Assembly (NCBI GenBank): GCA_021776135.1
Contig: JAJFGL010000030.1
Location: 27,763 to 91,762 of the forward strand
Direction of reading: 5' to 3'
DNA: 64,000 bases
From: Kiloniellaceae bacterium
GTDB lineage: Bacteria; Pseudomonadota; Alphaproteobacteria; Kiloniellales; J153
The notes below the pieces were generated by a model that saw only the letters and a program-made list of their open reading frames with translations, did no database searches and had not been told where the DNA came from. Position numbers and translations under genes: made by a program. How positions within the stretch are numbered: position 1 is the stretch's first letter; each line of letters opens with the position of its first letter. Positions 28,766-39,133 of the stretch are shown in pieces.

Positions 28766-31500
28766 GCCGCACCTCTGATTTCAGATAGGGCCTCGTGTAA
28801 AGCGCCGAGCAAGGCTTCACGGTCGCTCTTAGCCACATAATCGATGAAACCGACCGCCCTGCCCCGGTCCAAATCCTTTTGCGTGGCAAAGGATGACAAC
28901 GCGACCATGGGAACATTGGACCAATTCGATTCTTTTTTCACTGCTTCGGCGAACTCAAAACCGCTCATGCCGGGCATTTCGATATCCGATACGATGACAT
29001 CGAACTTTTCACCCGCTTCGCAGCGCTGCAGGGCCTCGCTCGCGCTCGCGGAGCAAGAGACTTCATATCCGGCCACGGAAAGCAGCGGTTGCAGAAGGTT
29101 ACGGAAAAATGGGCTATCGTCGACCAACAACAGCCGCGAGGCCTCCTCATCGCCAAAGGAATCACTGGCCTCGCCGCCAAACCAATCATGGAACGCCAGC
29201 GTCAGATAGTGGGCGACGTCCAGAACATCCGTGGCGCGGCCGTCGATCACGGCGCTACCGACATAACCGACACTCTTGGATGTCAGTTCGATGTTAAGGC
29301 GTTCCTCCACGATGTCGACAATCTCATCGACAACCAAGCCCATGGTGCGGTCGCGGTCAGTGAAAACGAGCACCGGCTGACGGCCCTCCGTTTTCAATTC
29401 ACCGGTACCCTCCATGGTCACCAATGGCATCAACTGACCCCGGTACTGAACGACATTTTGCCCATTGGAGTTTTCAACTTTGTCCAATTCGATCTCTTCC
29501 AGGCGCGCGATCAGTCCCAGGGGCACCGCTTTCGGATTGTCGCCGGCAACACGGAACACCAACATGGCAACGGTTTCTTCGTTTTGCGACGCATGGCGGT
29601 CACTGGTTGTATCGCCGCTCTCTTCGGCCAACTCTACTTCGCCGTTAGCGGCCGCGATCCCGTTCGGATCCAATATCATGACAACGCTGCCGTCACCCAA
29701 GATCGTGTTGCCCGAGAACATTTGGTTATCGCGCATGATGCGGGCGACAGGCTTGACGACAATCTCTTCCGTATCGAAGACACGATCGACGATAATCCCG
29801 AAGGAATAGCTGCCGACCTGCGAGACGACGATAAAACCTTCTCCGCTCTCGATATCGCCATCCTGATCTGTATTGGTTTGTGAAACACTCTTGTTTTCGG
29901 TTTCGGCCGCCGGGTCTTCGATCTCGTCAGGCGCGTTCAACTTCATAAGGTCGCGCAAATTGACCAAAGGCAGCAGGCGGTTACGTAACCGCAGAACAGG
30001 TGTATTGTTGATGCGTTCGATCGTGTTTTCCGAATGAACGGAAGCGCGCACCAATTCAAGAACGCTGAGTTGCGGAATGGCGAAGCGGTCGCCCGCGCAT
30101 TCGACGATCAGCGCCGATACGATCGCCAAGGTCAGGGGTATCTTGATAATGAAGGCCGTGCCCTTGCCCTCGGTGGAGTTGAGTTCGACCGTGCCGCCGA
30201 TTTTTTCGATATTGGTGCGCACGACGTCCATGCCGACACCGCGCCCGGACACTGAGGTAACGGACGACGCGGTCGAGAACCCGGCCTTGAAGATAAACCG
30301 CTGGATTTGCTGTTCGGACATGGTCTCCAACTCGGCCTCGGTCGCCAAGCCGTTGGTGATAATTTTGTTTTTTATCACGTCGATAGGCAGACCGCGCCCG
30401 TCGTCGGAAATCGAAATAACGATGTGGCCGCCTTCGTGGTAGGCCTTCAAGACGACTTTACCGGTTTCCGGTTTGCCGGCCTCGATCCGCCCCGCGGTCG
30501 TCTCCAGGCCGTGATCGGCGGAGTTGCGGACCATGTGGGTTAGCGGATCCTTGATCAGTTCCAAGACTTGCCTGTCGAGTTCGGTTTCGGCGCCCTTCAT
30601 AACCAGATCGATTTTCTTATCCAATTCGATCGACAGATCGCGGATAATTCGCGGCAACTTGGCCCAGGCGTTTCCGATCGGCTGCATCCGGGTCTTCATC
30701 ACGCCTTCCTGAAGTTCGGAAACGACGTGATTCAGCCTCTGCAAAGGCGCCGTGAACTCGCTGTCCTTTTGCCCGCGCAGGATCTGAAGTAACTGGTTTC
30801 TGGTCAGAACCATCTCCGAGACCATGGTCATCAGGTTTTCCAGCAGCTCCACGTTGACGCGAATCGACTGATTGGCGACCGAAGAATCTCCACCGCTCTT
30901 GGCTTCTATTTTGGCCTCGGAATTGGCGGCCTGGGCCGGTTTTTTCTCAGGCACGGGCGCCATGGCAACGGCCTCGGGAACCTCTTCCGCCACCGGCTCA
31001 TCGGCGGCTTCGAATTCTTCCACCGGCTGATCTTCCGCGGCGGCATCGTCGAACGCGACTACTTCGCCGGTCTCCTCAGGTTCGGCCTCGGTCTCGGGCG
31101 CGGCCTCGCCGACGGCGCTCTCGCCATGTTCCGCATAGGCATTTAGACGGGCAATAAGGTCGGAGTCTTCGCCTTCCGGCTCGCTCTCGTTTGCCTCCAA
31201 GTATTCAAGGATCGTGCGGATCGTGTCCAGGCATTCCAAGATCAGGGACACCGCCTTGGGCGTCACTTCCAAGTCGCCGTCCCGGAACTTGCCAAGGATA
31301 TTTTCACCCGCGTGGGCCACGGATTCCAAGCGCGGCAGACCGAGGAAACCGCAGGTTCCCTTGATTGTATGCATATACCGGAAGATGTTGCTGAGCAGTT
31401 CCTGATCGTTCGGATTCTGTTCCAGCTGCACCAACTCGACATCGAGAACCGCGAGGCCCTCGCTCGTTTCCGTCAAAAATTCACTTAAAAGATCATCCAT
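28762..31500 (-). CDS. cheA: Hybrid CheA (HPt-kinase-CheW-CheW-receiver; F5/Che1-type)
   Basis: HTIKG, HMVRNSADHG, DDGRG, GFST, SGRGVGMDVV, two CheW-like domains and a C-terminal receiver (VSDIEMP). Confidence 0.95.
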   Translation of the reverse strand: MDDLLSEFLTETSEGLAVLDVELVQLEQNPNDQELLSNIFRYMHTIKGTCGFLGLPRLESVAHAGENILGKFRDGDLEVTPKAVSLILECLDTIRTILEYLEANESEPEGEDSDLIARLNAYAEHGESAVGEAAPETEAEPEETGEVVAFDDAAAEDQPVEEFEAADEPVAEEVPEAVAMAPVPEKKPAQAANSEAKIEAKSGGDSSVANQSIRVNVELLENLMTMVSEMVLTRNQLLQILRGQKDSEFTAPLQRLNHVVSELQEGVMKTRMQPIGNAWAKLPRIIRDLSIELDKKIDLVMKGAETELDRQVLELIKDPLTHMVRNSADHGLETTAGRIEAGKPETGKVVLKAYHEGGHIVISISDDGRGLPIDVIKNKIITNGLATEAELETMSEQQIQRFIFKAGFSTASSVTSVSGRGVGMDVVRTNIEKIGGTVELNSTEGKGTAFIIKIPLTLAIVSALIVECAGDRFAIPQLSVLELVRASVHSENTIERINNTPVLRLRNRLLPLVNLRDLMKLNAPDEIEDPAAETENKSVSQTNTDQDGDIESGEGFIVVSQVGSYSFGIIVDRVFDTEEIVVKPVARIMRDNQMFSGNTILGDGSVVMILDPNGIAAANGEVELAEESGDTTSDRHASQNEETVAMLVFRVAGDNPKAVPLGLIARLEEIELDKVENSNGQNVVQYRGQLMPLVTMEGTGELKTEGRQPVLVFTDRDRTMGLVVDEIVDIVEERLNIELTSKSVGYVGSAVIDGRATDVLDVAHYLTLAFHDWFGGEASDSFGDEEASRLLLVDDSPFFRNLLQPLLSVAGYEVSCSASASEALQRCEAGEKFDVIVSDIEMPGMSGFEFAEAVKKESNWSNVPMVALSSFATQKDLDRGRAVGFIDYVAKSDREALLGALHEALSEIRGAA

Positions 31501-31595
31501 CGCGGCCGTCCCGCTAGTTTATACAACGTCAGTTTCCGGCATGGCGAGTTTCACTTGGCCCCCGGTTTTTCACACTGAAAGGTGACAAAAAGAGA

Positions 31596-31610
31596 TTAAA
31601 ATCCCCTTAC
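31596..31610. promoter_or_regulatory. Near-consensus CtrA box upstream of cheA
   Basis: TTAA-AATCCCC-TTAC. Confidence 0.5.
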
Positions 31611-31796
31611 TATAACGTGTGCGATCTTCGCGAGGCGAAGCCCCGCCCCAAAGGATAACCTTGATTAATATGAGTGAACTTCCCGTAAAGGTAGAGTTGT
31701 TTCGGCCGCGAAGGCACGGCGGCATTGCCGGTTCTTCACCCGGCTGATATGCCTTCTGCCCATGATTGCAAGACGCAATAGAAACCTACATTCGGT

Positions 31797-33539
31797 ATGA
31801 GCGGTTCCACTCAGATTCCAATTCCTGGAATGTCGAAACCAGGCGCGGCAGATCATCGGGGCGGCGGAGCGGGCCGCCGGAGCGTGGGCAAGCCGTACCG
31901 GATTAACAGTTCCTTATCTTGGATATCCCTGCTCATCGCCGCCCTGTTCTCGATCCCAATCGTCAGTGTCTTGGCTAATGTCTTTGTGCCAAGCGGCGGC
32001 GCTTGGCGGCATCTGGCCGAAACCGTTTTGCCGGGCTATATCGCCAACACTTTCCTGCTCGTACTCGGGGTCGGGTGCGGCGTTCTGATGCTCGGTTTAA
32101 GCACGGCCTGGCTGGTCACCATGTGCCGTTTTCCAGGCCGGCGGATCTTTGAATGGGCCCTCATCCTGCCGCTTGCCGTTCCGGCTTATGTCATGGCCTA
32201 CACCTATACCGACTTCCTTCAGTACACCGGGCCGCTTCAGGCCCTGCTACGGGATCTGACGGGTTGGGGACTGCATGACTATTGGTTTCCAAATATCCGC
32301 TCCCTGGGCGGCGCGATCGTTCTGCTCAGTTTGGTGCTGTACCCTTATGTCTATCTCTTGGCCCGGGCCGCCTTTCTGGAGCAATCGGTGTGCGCGCTGG
32401 AGGTTAGCCGCGCCCTGGGCTGCGGTCCCTGGTCGAGTTTTTATCGCGTCGCCCTGCCGCTGGCCCGGCCGGCGATCGTCGGTGGGGTCGCCTTGGCCTT
32501 GATGGAAACCATCGCCGACTTCGGAACCGTCTCTTTTTTCGGCGTGCCGACCTTCACGACCGGTATCGTTCGCGCCTGGTTCTCCATGGGCGACAGGGTC
32601 GCCGCCGCGCAATTATCCTCCGCCCTGCTCTGCTTCGTCTTGGTGGTGGTGGTGTTGGAGCGCAGCAGCCGTGGGCGGGCGCGTTATTATCATACCTCGG
32701 GTAAATACCAGTACCTGCCCAGCGCCAAGCTTCGGGGATGGCGCGCCGGGGCCGCCAGCCTGGTTTGCGCCTTGCCCCTGTTTCTCGGCTTTCTTTTGCC
32801 GGCGGCGATCCTGCTTGGCATGACCATCGAAGCCGGCGATTCCCAGTTCGGCCCGCGTTTCCTGCGTCTGGCCGGTAACAGCTTCACGCTCTCCGCGGTC
32901 ACTGCGGTCGCGGCGGTCTTGCTGGCGGCCGTCATGGCCTATGCCGTGCGCCTGAGCCCCGGTCCCCTGGCCCTGGCGGCCAACCGGGTCGCGGCCATGG
33001 GATATGCGGTGCCGGGCACGGTCATCGCCGTCGGCGCGCTAATCCCCTTCGCCTTGTTCGACAACGCCTTGGACGCCTGGATGCGGGCAAGCTTCGGTAT
33101 TTCCACCGGCTTGCTATTAACCGGCACCATAGCCGCGCTCGTCTTCGCCTATCTGGTGCGGTTTCTAGCGGTTTCCCTGAACACGGTCGAATCGGGTTTA
33201 GGCAAGATCAAACCCACCATGGACGATGCCGCGCGGTCGCTGGGCCGGGGCCCCGGCGCCACCCAGGCGCGCATTCACGCGCCGCTGATGTGGAGCAGCC
33301 TTTTGACCGCGGGACTCTTGGTTTTCGTCGATGTGATGAAAGAGCTTCCGGCGACCTTGATCATGCGCCCTTTCAATTTCGACACCCTCGCGGTGCAAGC
33401 CTATAACTTGGCTTCGGACGAGCGCCTGACCGAAGCCTCGACGGCCTCGCTCGCCATTGTCGCGGTCGGTATCCTGCCGTTGATTATTCTAAGCCGCGCC
33501 ATCGCCAGGGCCCGGCCGGGCAGCCGCGCCAAGCATTAG
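31797..33539 (+). CDS. Fe3+ ABC transporter permease (FbpB/FutB family)
   Basis: Duplicated permease: LPLAVPAYVMAY, YPYVYLLARAAF, LALMETIADFG, GYAVPG, FVDVMKELPATL.RPFNFDTLA; start uncertain. Confidence 0.9.
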   Translation: MSGSTQIPIPGMSKPGAADHRGGGAGRRSVGKPYRINSSLSWISLLIAALFSIPIVSVLANVFVPSGGAWRHLAETVLPGYIANTFLLVLGVGCGVLMLGLSTAWLVTMCRFPGRRIFEWALILPLAVPAYVMAYTYTDFLQYTGPLQALLRDLTGWGLHDYWFPNIRSLGGAIVLLSLVLYPYVYLLARAAFLEQSVCALEVSRALGCGPWSSFYRVALPLARPAIVGGVALALMETIADFGTVSFFGVPTFTTGIVRAWFSMGDRVAAAQLSSALLCFVLVVVVLERSSRGRARYYHTSGKYQYLPSAKLRGWRAGAASLVCALPLFLGFLLPAAILLGMTIEAGDSQFGPRFLRLAGNSFTLSAVTAVAAVLLAAVMAYAVRLSPGPLALAANRVAAMGYAVPGTVIAVGALIPFALFDNALDAWMRASFGISTGLLLTGTIAALVFAYLVRFLAVSLNTVESGLGKIKPTMDDAARSLGRGPGATQARIHAPLMWSSLLTAGLLVFVDVMKELPATLIMRPFNFDTLAVQAYNLASDERLTEASTASLAIVAVGILPLIILSRAIARARPGSRAKH

Positions 33540-33570
33540 AGCCCTTTTCGATCATTCGGAAAGGGCTCTA
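33537..33570. repeat. 34-bp minimal copy of the MITE forming the entire permease/chpT junction
   Basis: TAGAGCCCTTTTCGATCATTCGGAAAGGGCTCTA; the first TAG is the permease stop and the last CTA is the chpT stop. Confidence 0.88.
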
Positions 33571-34209
33571 GGACGCCAAGCTGGCCGTGAATTTCACGGC
33601 CCCGTCCGTCCCCTCATCCACTGTAATGGCGCCGTCCATGCGTTCGGCGATCCGGCAGGTGAAATAGGCCTGCACGTTGCGCGGCGTCAGCTCGCCGATC
33701 TCGGCCTGCGCGGCAAGTGCGGGCCGGGTTTCGTCGCGCAAGCCCGCCCGCTCGCCCGACGCCGTCACCTCGACGCCAAGGCCGCCGCCGCTGGCCGAAA
33801 TCCCGATGGTCAGGCTGCCGCCCATGGGCAGGGATTCAGCCCCCAATAACAGCATGTTGAGCAGCAGCTTTCCCAGGTCCGAGGGCGCATCGTCCGGGAT
33901 CCCCTGGGCCGGCCAGGTCAAAGCGATCTTATTGCCATCGAAAAACCCGCCCGCAAGATCGCGCAATTCATCGAGGCTGCCTCCGACCCGGGAGCCCGCC
34001 ATGCCAAAGGCCAAGCGGAAATACTGCAGGGCCCGCGCCGCCCGCGCGCCGCTGTCCGCCACCAATTTAAGGGCTTCGGGCCCCATGTCGCCCATATCGT
34101 CTTCCAGGAGCTCCAAGCCGTTATTCACGGCCCCGACCGGCCCCACCAGATCGTGGCACAGCCGCGACGACAGAAGCTCCAAGACCCTTAAATCGATATG
34201 CACGTCCAT
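33568..34209 (-). CDS. chpT: Histidine phosphotransferase ChpT
   Basis: LLSSRLCHDLVGPVGAVNNGLELL, LQYFRLAFG, KLLLN, TPRNVQAYF. Confidence 0.92.
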   Translation of the reverse strand: MDVHIDLRVLELLSSRLCHDLVGPVGAVNNGLELLEDDMGDMGPEALKLVADSGARAARALQYFRLAFGMAGSRVGGSLDELRDLAGGFFDGNKIALTWPAQGIPDDAPSDLGKLLLNMLLLGAESLPMGGSLTIGISASGGGLGVEVTASGERAGLRDETRPALAAQAEIGELTPRNVQAYFTCRIAERMDGAITVDEGTDGAVKFTASLAS

Positions 34210-34437
34210 GGTGTCCTCGTTTCCTTCCGCGTTTTACGAATCGGGCTTAGGTATTAACGGGTTGTCGTTGCCGTGCGGTTAAGTGTCGATGATGGAACGC
34301 CGACCGCGCCAAGCACAGCTTATACACAGCATCGGGTCCAGGGGAAAAGCTAGCTCTGGGATTTCAAGAGGTTGTTCAGGCCCGATACCCTGGCTTAGGA
34401 TATGCCGCCGGAAGCCGCAAACCTGGGATTTATCGCG

Positions 34438-34614
34438 ATGGGAGACCTCTTGCCTGGCCAATGGGTCCGTCACCCCGCCCGGCCCGATTGGGGTATCGGA
34501 CAGGTCCAGTCCGCCATTGGCAAGCGGGTGACCTTGAACTTCGAGCACGCCGGTAAGGTGCTGATCGACATCGAACGGGTTAGCCTGGAGACGATTGAGG
34601 ATCCCGAAGCTTAG
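34438..34614 (+). CDS. DUF3553 small protein
   Basis: PGQWVRHP..PDWGIGQVQS...VTLNFEHAGK; this family is commonly divergent from chpT. Confidence 0.8.
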   Translation: MGDLLPGQWVRHPARPDWGIGQVQSAIGKRVTLNFEHAGKVLIDIERVSLETIEDPEA

Positions 34615-34648
34615 CGGGAAACGGAATAGAGAGGACGAGACAGCAGGC

Positions 34649-36364
34649 ATGGCGGAGAGTGTTGGAGAAAGCGAAGGGGCTGGGGAGCGGAAGAACCACC
34701 CCGGCGCCGGACGGCGCAAGGCGCCTATATTCCCAAAGGGCCGGCAAGGCGACCCCGAAGCGCGGGCGCGGGTCGCTTCGCTTCTGGCCGGCCGCCCGCT
34801 CCAGCGCGATTTGCTGATCGAATTCCTGCACCTGATACAGGATCGTTACGGCTGTCTCTCCGCCGATCACTTGCAGGCCCTGGCGCAGGAAATGAAGCTG
34901 TCCATGGCCGAGGTTTTCGAGGTGGCGTCCTTCTATGCCCACTTCGATATCGTCTTGGACGGCGAAACCGCGCCGCCGGAACTTACCATTCGGATTTGCG
35001 ACAGCCTGACTTGCGACATGATGGGCGCGCGAAAACTCTTACAGGATTTGCCGGCCAAGCTGGGCGCCGGGGTGCGGATCGTGCCCGCGCCCTGCATGGG
35101 CCGCTGCGACCGCGCCCCGGTGGCCGAGGTGGGCCACAACCATATCGATAGCGCCACCCTGGATACCCTGAAAGCGGCGGCCGAGGGCGGCCACACCCAT
35201 CCAAGAATTCCCGGCTATCAAGACCTGGCGGCCTATGCCGCCACGGGCGGCTATGGCTGCCTGAAAGACTGCCTGAGCGGCGCCCGGACGGCCGGGCAAG
35301 TCATCGAGACCCTGTCCGATTCGGGCTTGCGCGGCCTGGGCGGCGCCGGTTTTCCCACGGGGCGCAAGTGGGGTCTGGTGCGAAACGAGCCCGGCCCGCG
35401 CCTCATGGCGGTCAACGCGGACGAGGGCGAACCGGGCACCTTCAAGGACCGGTACTATCTTGAGTCCGAACCGCACCGGTTCCTGGAAGGCGCCTTGATC
35501 GGCGCCTGGGCGGTCGAGGCCGAAGCCGTCTATATCTACCTGCGCGACGAATACCCGGCGGCCCGCGAAATCCTGCAACGGGAAATCGCGGCCCTGGAAG
35601 CCGCCGGATTGGCGCCCCATAGCAAGCTGCATTTACGCCGCGGCGCCGGGGCCTACATCTGCGGCGAGGAATCGGCCATGATCGAATCGATCGAGGGCAA
35701 GCGGGGCCTGCCGCGCCACCGCCCGCCCTATGTCGCCCAGGCCGGGCTCTTCGGCCGCCCGACCCTGGTCAATAACGTCGAGACCCTGTTCTGGATACCC
35801 ACGATCCTCACACAGGGCGCCAAGGACTTCGCGGAGCAAGGCGCCGGCGACAGCAAGGGGCCGCGCAGCTATTCGGTCTCCGGCCGGGTCAAGAATCCGG
35901 GCCTCAAGCTCACACCGGCGGGCATCACGGTGCGGCAATTGATCGAGGACCACTGCGGCGGCATGGCCGAGGGCCATAGCTTCAAGGCCTATCTGCCGGG
36001 CGGCGCCTCGGGCGGAATCCTGCCCGCCAGCATGGCCGATATCCCCCTCGACTTCGGCAAGTTGGAACACCTCGGCTGTCTTATCGGTTCCCACGCCGTG
36101 GTCATCTTGTCCGACAAGGACGACATCAAGGCGGCGGCGCTCAACCTCATGCGCTTTTTCGAGGACGAGTCCTGCGGCCAGTGCACGCCCTGCCGCAACG
36201 GTACGGAAAAGGCCGTTAAGCTCATGTCCCAGGGCGTTTGGGACCGGGCCCTGCTGGAAGACCTGGCCGGGGTTATGGCCGACGCCTCGATCTGCGGCCT
36301 CGGCCAGGCGGCCCCCAACCCCTTGCTCTGCGTGCTAAAGTATTTTCCGGAGGAACTGGCATGA
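34649..36364 (+). CDS. NAD-dependent formate dehydrogenase beta subunit (NuoE+NuoF fusion, Fdh1B-like)
   Basis: CDSLTC..CMGRC [2Fe-2S]; GLGGAGFPTG, NADEGEPGTFKDR, YICGEE, CGQCTPC..SICGLG. Confidence 0.9.
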   Translation: MAESVGESEGAGERKNHPGAGRRKAPIFPKGRQGDPEARARVASLLAGRPLQRDLLIEFLHLIQDRYGCLSADHLQALAQEMKLSMAEVFEVASFYAHFDIVLDGETAPPELTIRICDSLTCDMMGARKLLQDLPAKLGAGVRIVPAPCMGRCDRAPVAEVGHNHIDSATLDTLKAAAEGGHTHPRIPGYQDLAAYAATGGYGCLKDCLSGARTAGQVIETLSDSGLRGLGGAGFPTGRKWGLVRNEPGPRLMAVNADEGEPGTFKDRYYLESEPHRFLEGALIGAWAVEAEAVYIYLRDEYPAAREILQREIAALEAAGLAPHSKLHLRRGAGAYICGEESAMIESIEGKRGLPRHRPPYVAQAGLFGRPTLVNNVETLFWIPTILTQGAKDFAEQGAGDSKGPRSYSVSGRVKNPGLKLTPAGITVRQLIEDHCGGMAEGHSFKAYLPGGASGGILPASMADIPLDFGKLEHLGCLIGSHAVVILSDKDDIKAAALNLMRFFEDESCGQCTPCRNGTEKAVKLMSQGVWDRALLEDLAGVMADASICGLGQAAPNPLLCVLKYFPEELA

Positions 36365-39126
36365 GCGGCCCGATCGTTTTCTCACTCAACGGCCAAGAGG
36401 CCGAAGCCGCACCCGGCGAGTCCATCTGGCAGGTCGCGCAACGTCAAGGCGTGGAGATTCCGCATTTGTGCCATGCGCCGGAGCCCGGCTATCGCCCCGA
36501 CGGCAACTGCCGGGCCTGCATGGTCGAGATAGAGGGCGAGCGCGTCCTGGCCGCGTCCTGCATACGCGCGCCGAGCGCCGGCATGAAGGTGCAGACGGCC
36601 AGCGCGCGGGCCAAGAAATCCCGCGCCATGGTTTTCGAACTTCTGGCCGCGGACCAACCGGCGCGCGCCACCTCCCACGACCCGGAATCGAAATTCTGGA
36701 CCTGGGCCGACAAAGTGGAAGTCAGCGAAAGCCGTTTCCCAGCGGCCAAGGCATACCCACCCGATTCCAGCCACGGCGCCATGCGCGTCAACCTGGACGC
36801 CTGCATCAATTGCACCCTGTGCGTGCGCGCGTGCCGGGAGGTCCAGGGCAACGACGTGATCGGCATGGCCTTTCGCGGCCAGGGATCGAAGGTGGTCTTC
36901 GACTTCGACACCCCCATGGGGACAAGCACCTGCGTCGCCTGCGGCGAGTGCGTTCAGGCCTGCCCGACAGGGGCGCTGATGGAGGCCTCGCTGCTGGACG
37001 ACGCCGGCACCCGCACCGGCTACGCGGACCGCGCCGTCGATACGGTCTGCCCCTATTGCGGCGTCGGCTGCCAGATCACGCTGAACATCAAGGACGACAG
37101 TATCCTTACCGTCGATGGGCGCGGCGGCCCCGCGAACCAAAACCGCCTGTGCGTGAAAGGCCGTTTCGGTTTCGACTATATTTCGCACCCGCACCGCCTG
37201 ACCAAGCCCATGATCCGGCGCGAGGATGCGCCCAAGTCGGGCGCTATCCAAATCGACCCGGCCAACCCCTGGACTCATTTCCGCGAAGCGACCTGGGAGG
37301 AAGCCCTGGAGCGTGCGGCGGCGGGCTTGAAGAAGGTCATAGACCGGGACGGCGGGCCGGCCCTCGCCGGTTTCGGTTCCGCCAAGGGCACCAACGAGGA
37401 AGCCTATCTGTTTCAAAAGCTGGTGCGCGTGGGTTTTCATACCAATAACGTGGATCACTGCACCCGGCTGTGCCATGCCTCCTCCGTCGCGGCCTTGATG
37501 GAGGGTATCGGCTCCGGCGCCGTGACCGCCCCCTTCATGGCCGCCAAGGACGCGGAGTGCATCATCGTCATCGGCGCGCGGCCGGCGCAGAACCACCCGG
37601 TCGCCGCGACCTTCCTGAAGAACGCGGTGAAACGCGGCGCCAAGCTGATCCTGATCGACCCGCGCCGCCAGGAACTGGCGCGCTATGCCACCCACATGCT
37701 GCAATTCAAGCCGGGCCAGGATGTGGCGCTGCTCAACGCCATGATCCACACCATCGTCGAGGAAGGCCTGACCGACACGCAATACATTCAGGCCAACACC
37801 CAAGGCTTCGAAGACCTGAAGGAACGGATCAAGGACTTCAGCCCGGAAGACATGGCAGCGGTCTGCGGTATCGACGCGGCGACCATTCGCGAGGTGGCGC
37901 GCATCTACGCCACGGCGCGAACCTCGATCGTATTCTGGGGCATGGGGATATCCCAGCACGTTCACGGCACCGACAACGCGCGCTGCCTGATCGCCCTATC
38001 CTTGATTACCGGTCAGGTCGGACGGCCCGGCACCGGGCTGCACCCCTTGCGCGGTCAGAACAATGTCCAGGGCGCCTCCGACGCCGGCTTGATCCCGATC
38101 GTCTATCCCGATTACCGCCCGGTCGATTCGGCGGAGGTGCGCCGGGAATTCGAGGATTTCTGGGGCGCCGATCTCGATCCCAAGCGGGGCCTGACCGTGG
38201 TCGAGATCGTCAATGCGATTCTCGCCGGCCGGATCAAGGCCATGTACATCATGGGCGAGAATCCGGCCATGTCGGACCCGGATCAAAACCACGCGCGCGC
38301 GGCCCTCGCCAAGCTCGAACACCTGGTGGTGCAGGACATCTTTTTGACCGAGACCGCCTGGCACGCCGACGTGGTTCTACCGGCCTCGGCGGCGGCGGAA
38401 AAATGGGGCACCTTCACCAATACCAACCGCCAGGTTCAGATCGTGCGGGCGGCCTTCGACCCGCCGGGCGAAGCGCGTCAGGACTTGGCGCTGATACAGG
38501 AACTCGCGAACAGGATCGGCCTGAATTGGCGCCATGGCCACCCCAAGGATGTCTTCGCCGAGATGGGACGGATCATGCCCTCGCTCAAGAACATAACCTG
38601 GGAGCGCCTGGAGAGGGAGGAATCGGTGACCTATCCCTGCGACGCGCCGGACAAACCGGGCAACGAGATACTCTTCGGCGACGGCTTTCCCACCGAAACC
38701 GGGCGCGGGCGCATTGTGCCCGCCGGCCTGGTGCCGCCGGACGAGCTGCCGGACGAGGCCTACCCCATGGTCCTGACCACGGGGCGTATGCTCGAACACT
38801 GGCACACCGGCGCCATGACCCGCCGGGCCGCGACCCTGGATTCCCTGGAGCCGGAAGCCGTCGCCTTTCTGAATCGCCGGGATGTGGACCGCCTGGGTAT
38901 CGCCCCCGGCGATATGATCTCCGTCGCCACCCGGCGCGGCGAGATCGCCATCAAGGTGCGCCAGGACAACGACGTGGCCCAGGGCATGATCTTCATCCCC
39001 TTCTGCTTCGCCGAGGCGGCCGCGAACCTGCTGACCAACCCGAAGCTCGACCCTTACGGCAAGATCCCGGAATTCAAGTTCTGCGCCGCGCGCATCGAGG
39101 CGCTTCGTACCGCGGCGGCGGAATAA
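36361..39126 (+). CDS. fdhF: Cytoplasmic Mo/W formate dehydrogenase alpha subunit (Fdh1A/FdhF-like)
   Basis: [2Fe-2S] domain, CINCTLC, CVACGECVQACP, CPYCGVGC, active site DHCTRLCH (Cys), LRGQNNVQG, LTTGR, PEFK; ATGA overlap. Confidence 0.92.
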   Translation: MSGPIVFSLNGQEAEAAPGESIWQVAQRQGVEIPHLCHAPEPGYRPDGNCRACMVEIEGERVLAASCIRAPSAGMKVQTASARAKKSRAMVFELLAADQPARATSHDPESKFWTWADKVEVSESRFPAAKAYPPDSSHGAMRVNLDACINCTLCVRACREVQGNDVIGMAFRGQGSKVVFDFDTPMGTSTCVACGECVQACPTGALMEASLLDDAGTRTGYADRAVDTVCPYCGVGCQITLNIKDDSILTVDGRGGPANQNRLCVKGRFGFDYISHPHRLTKPMIRREDAPKSGAIQIDPANPWTHFREATWEEALERAAAGLKKVIDRDGGPALAGFGSAKGTNEEAYLFQKLVRVGFHTNNVDHCTRLCHASSVAALMEGIGSGAVTAPFMAAKDAECIIVIGARPAQNHPVAATFLKNAVKRGAKLILIDPRRQELARYATHMLQFKPGQDVALLNAMIHTIVEEGLTDTQYIQANTQGFEDLKERIKDFSPEDMAAVCGIDAATIREVARIYATARTSIVFWGMGISQHVHGTDNARCLIALSLITGQVGRPGTGLHPLRGQNNVQGASDAGLIPIVYPDYRPVDSAEVRREFEDFWGADLDPKRGLTVVEIVNAILAGRIKAMYIMGENPAMSDPDQNHARAALAKLEHLVVQDIFLTETAWHADVVLPASAAAEKWGTFTNTNRQVQIVRAAFDPPGEARQDLALIQELANRIGLNWRHGHPKDVFAEMGRIMPSLKNITWERLEREESVTYPCDAPDKPGNEILFGDGFPTETGRGRIVPAGLVPPDELPDEAYPMVLTTGRMLEHWHTGAMTRRAATLDSLEPEAVAFLNRRDVDRLGIAPGDMISVATRRGEIAIKVRQDNDVAQGMIFIPFCFAEAAANLLTNPKLDPYGKIPEFKFCAARIEALRTAAAE

Positions 39127-39133
39127 CGGCGGA

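Noticed and set aside
31765-31779. ATTGC-N5-GCAAT palindrome upstream of the iron permease as a Fur/Irr box
   Set aside because: Too short, and the spacing does not match motifs I can name.
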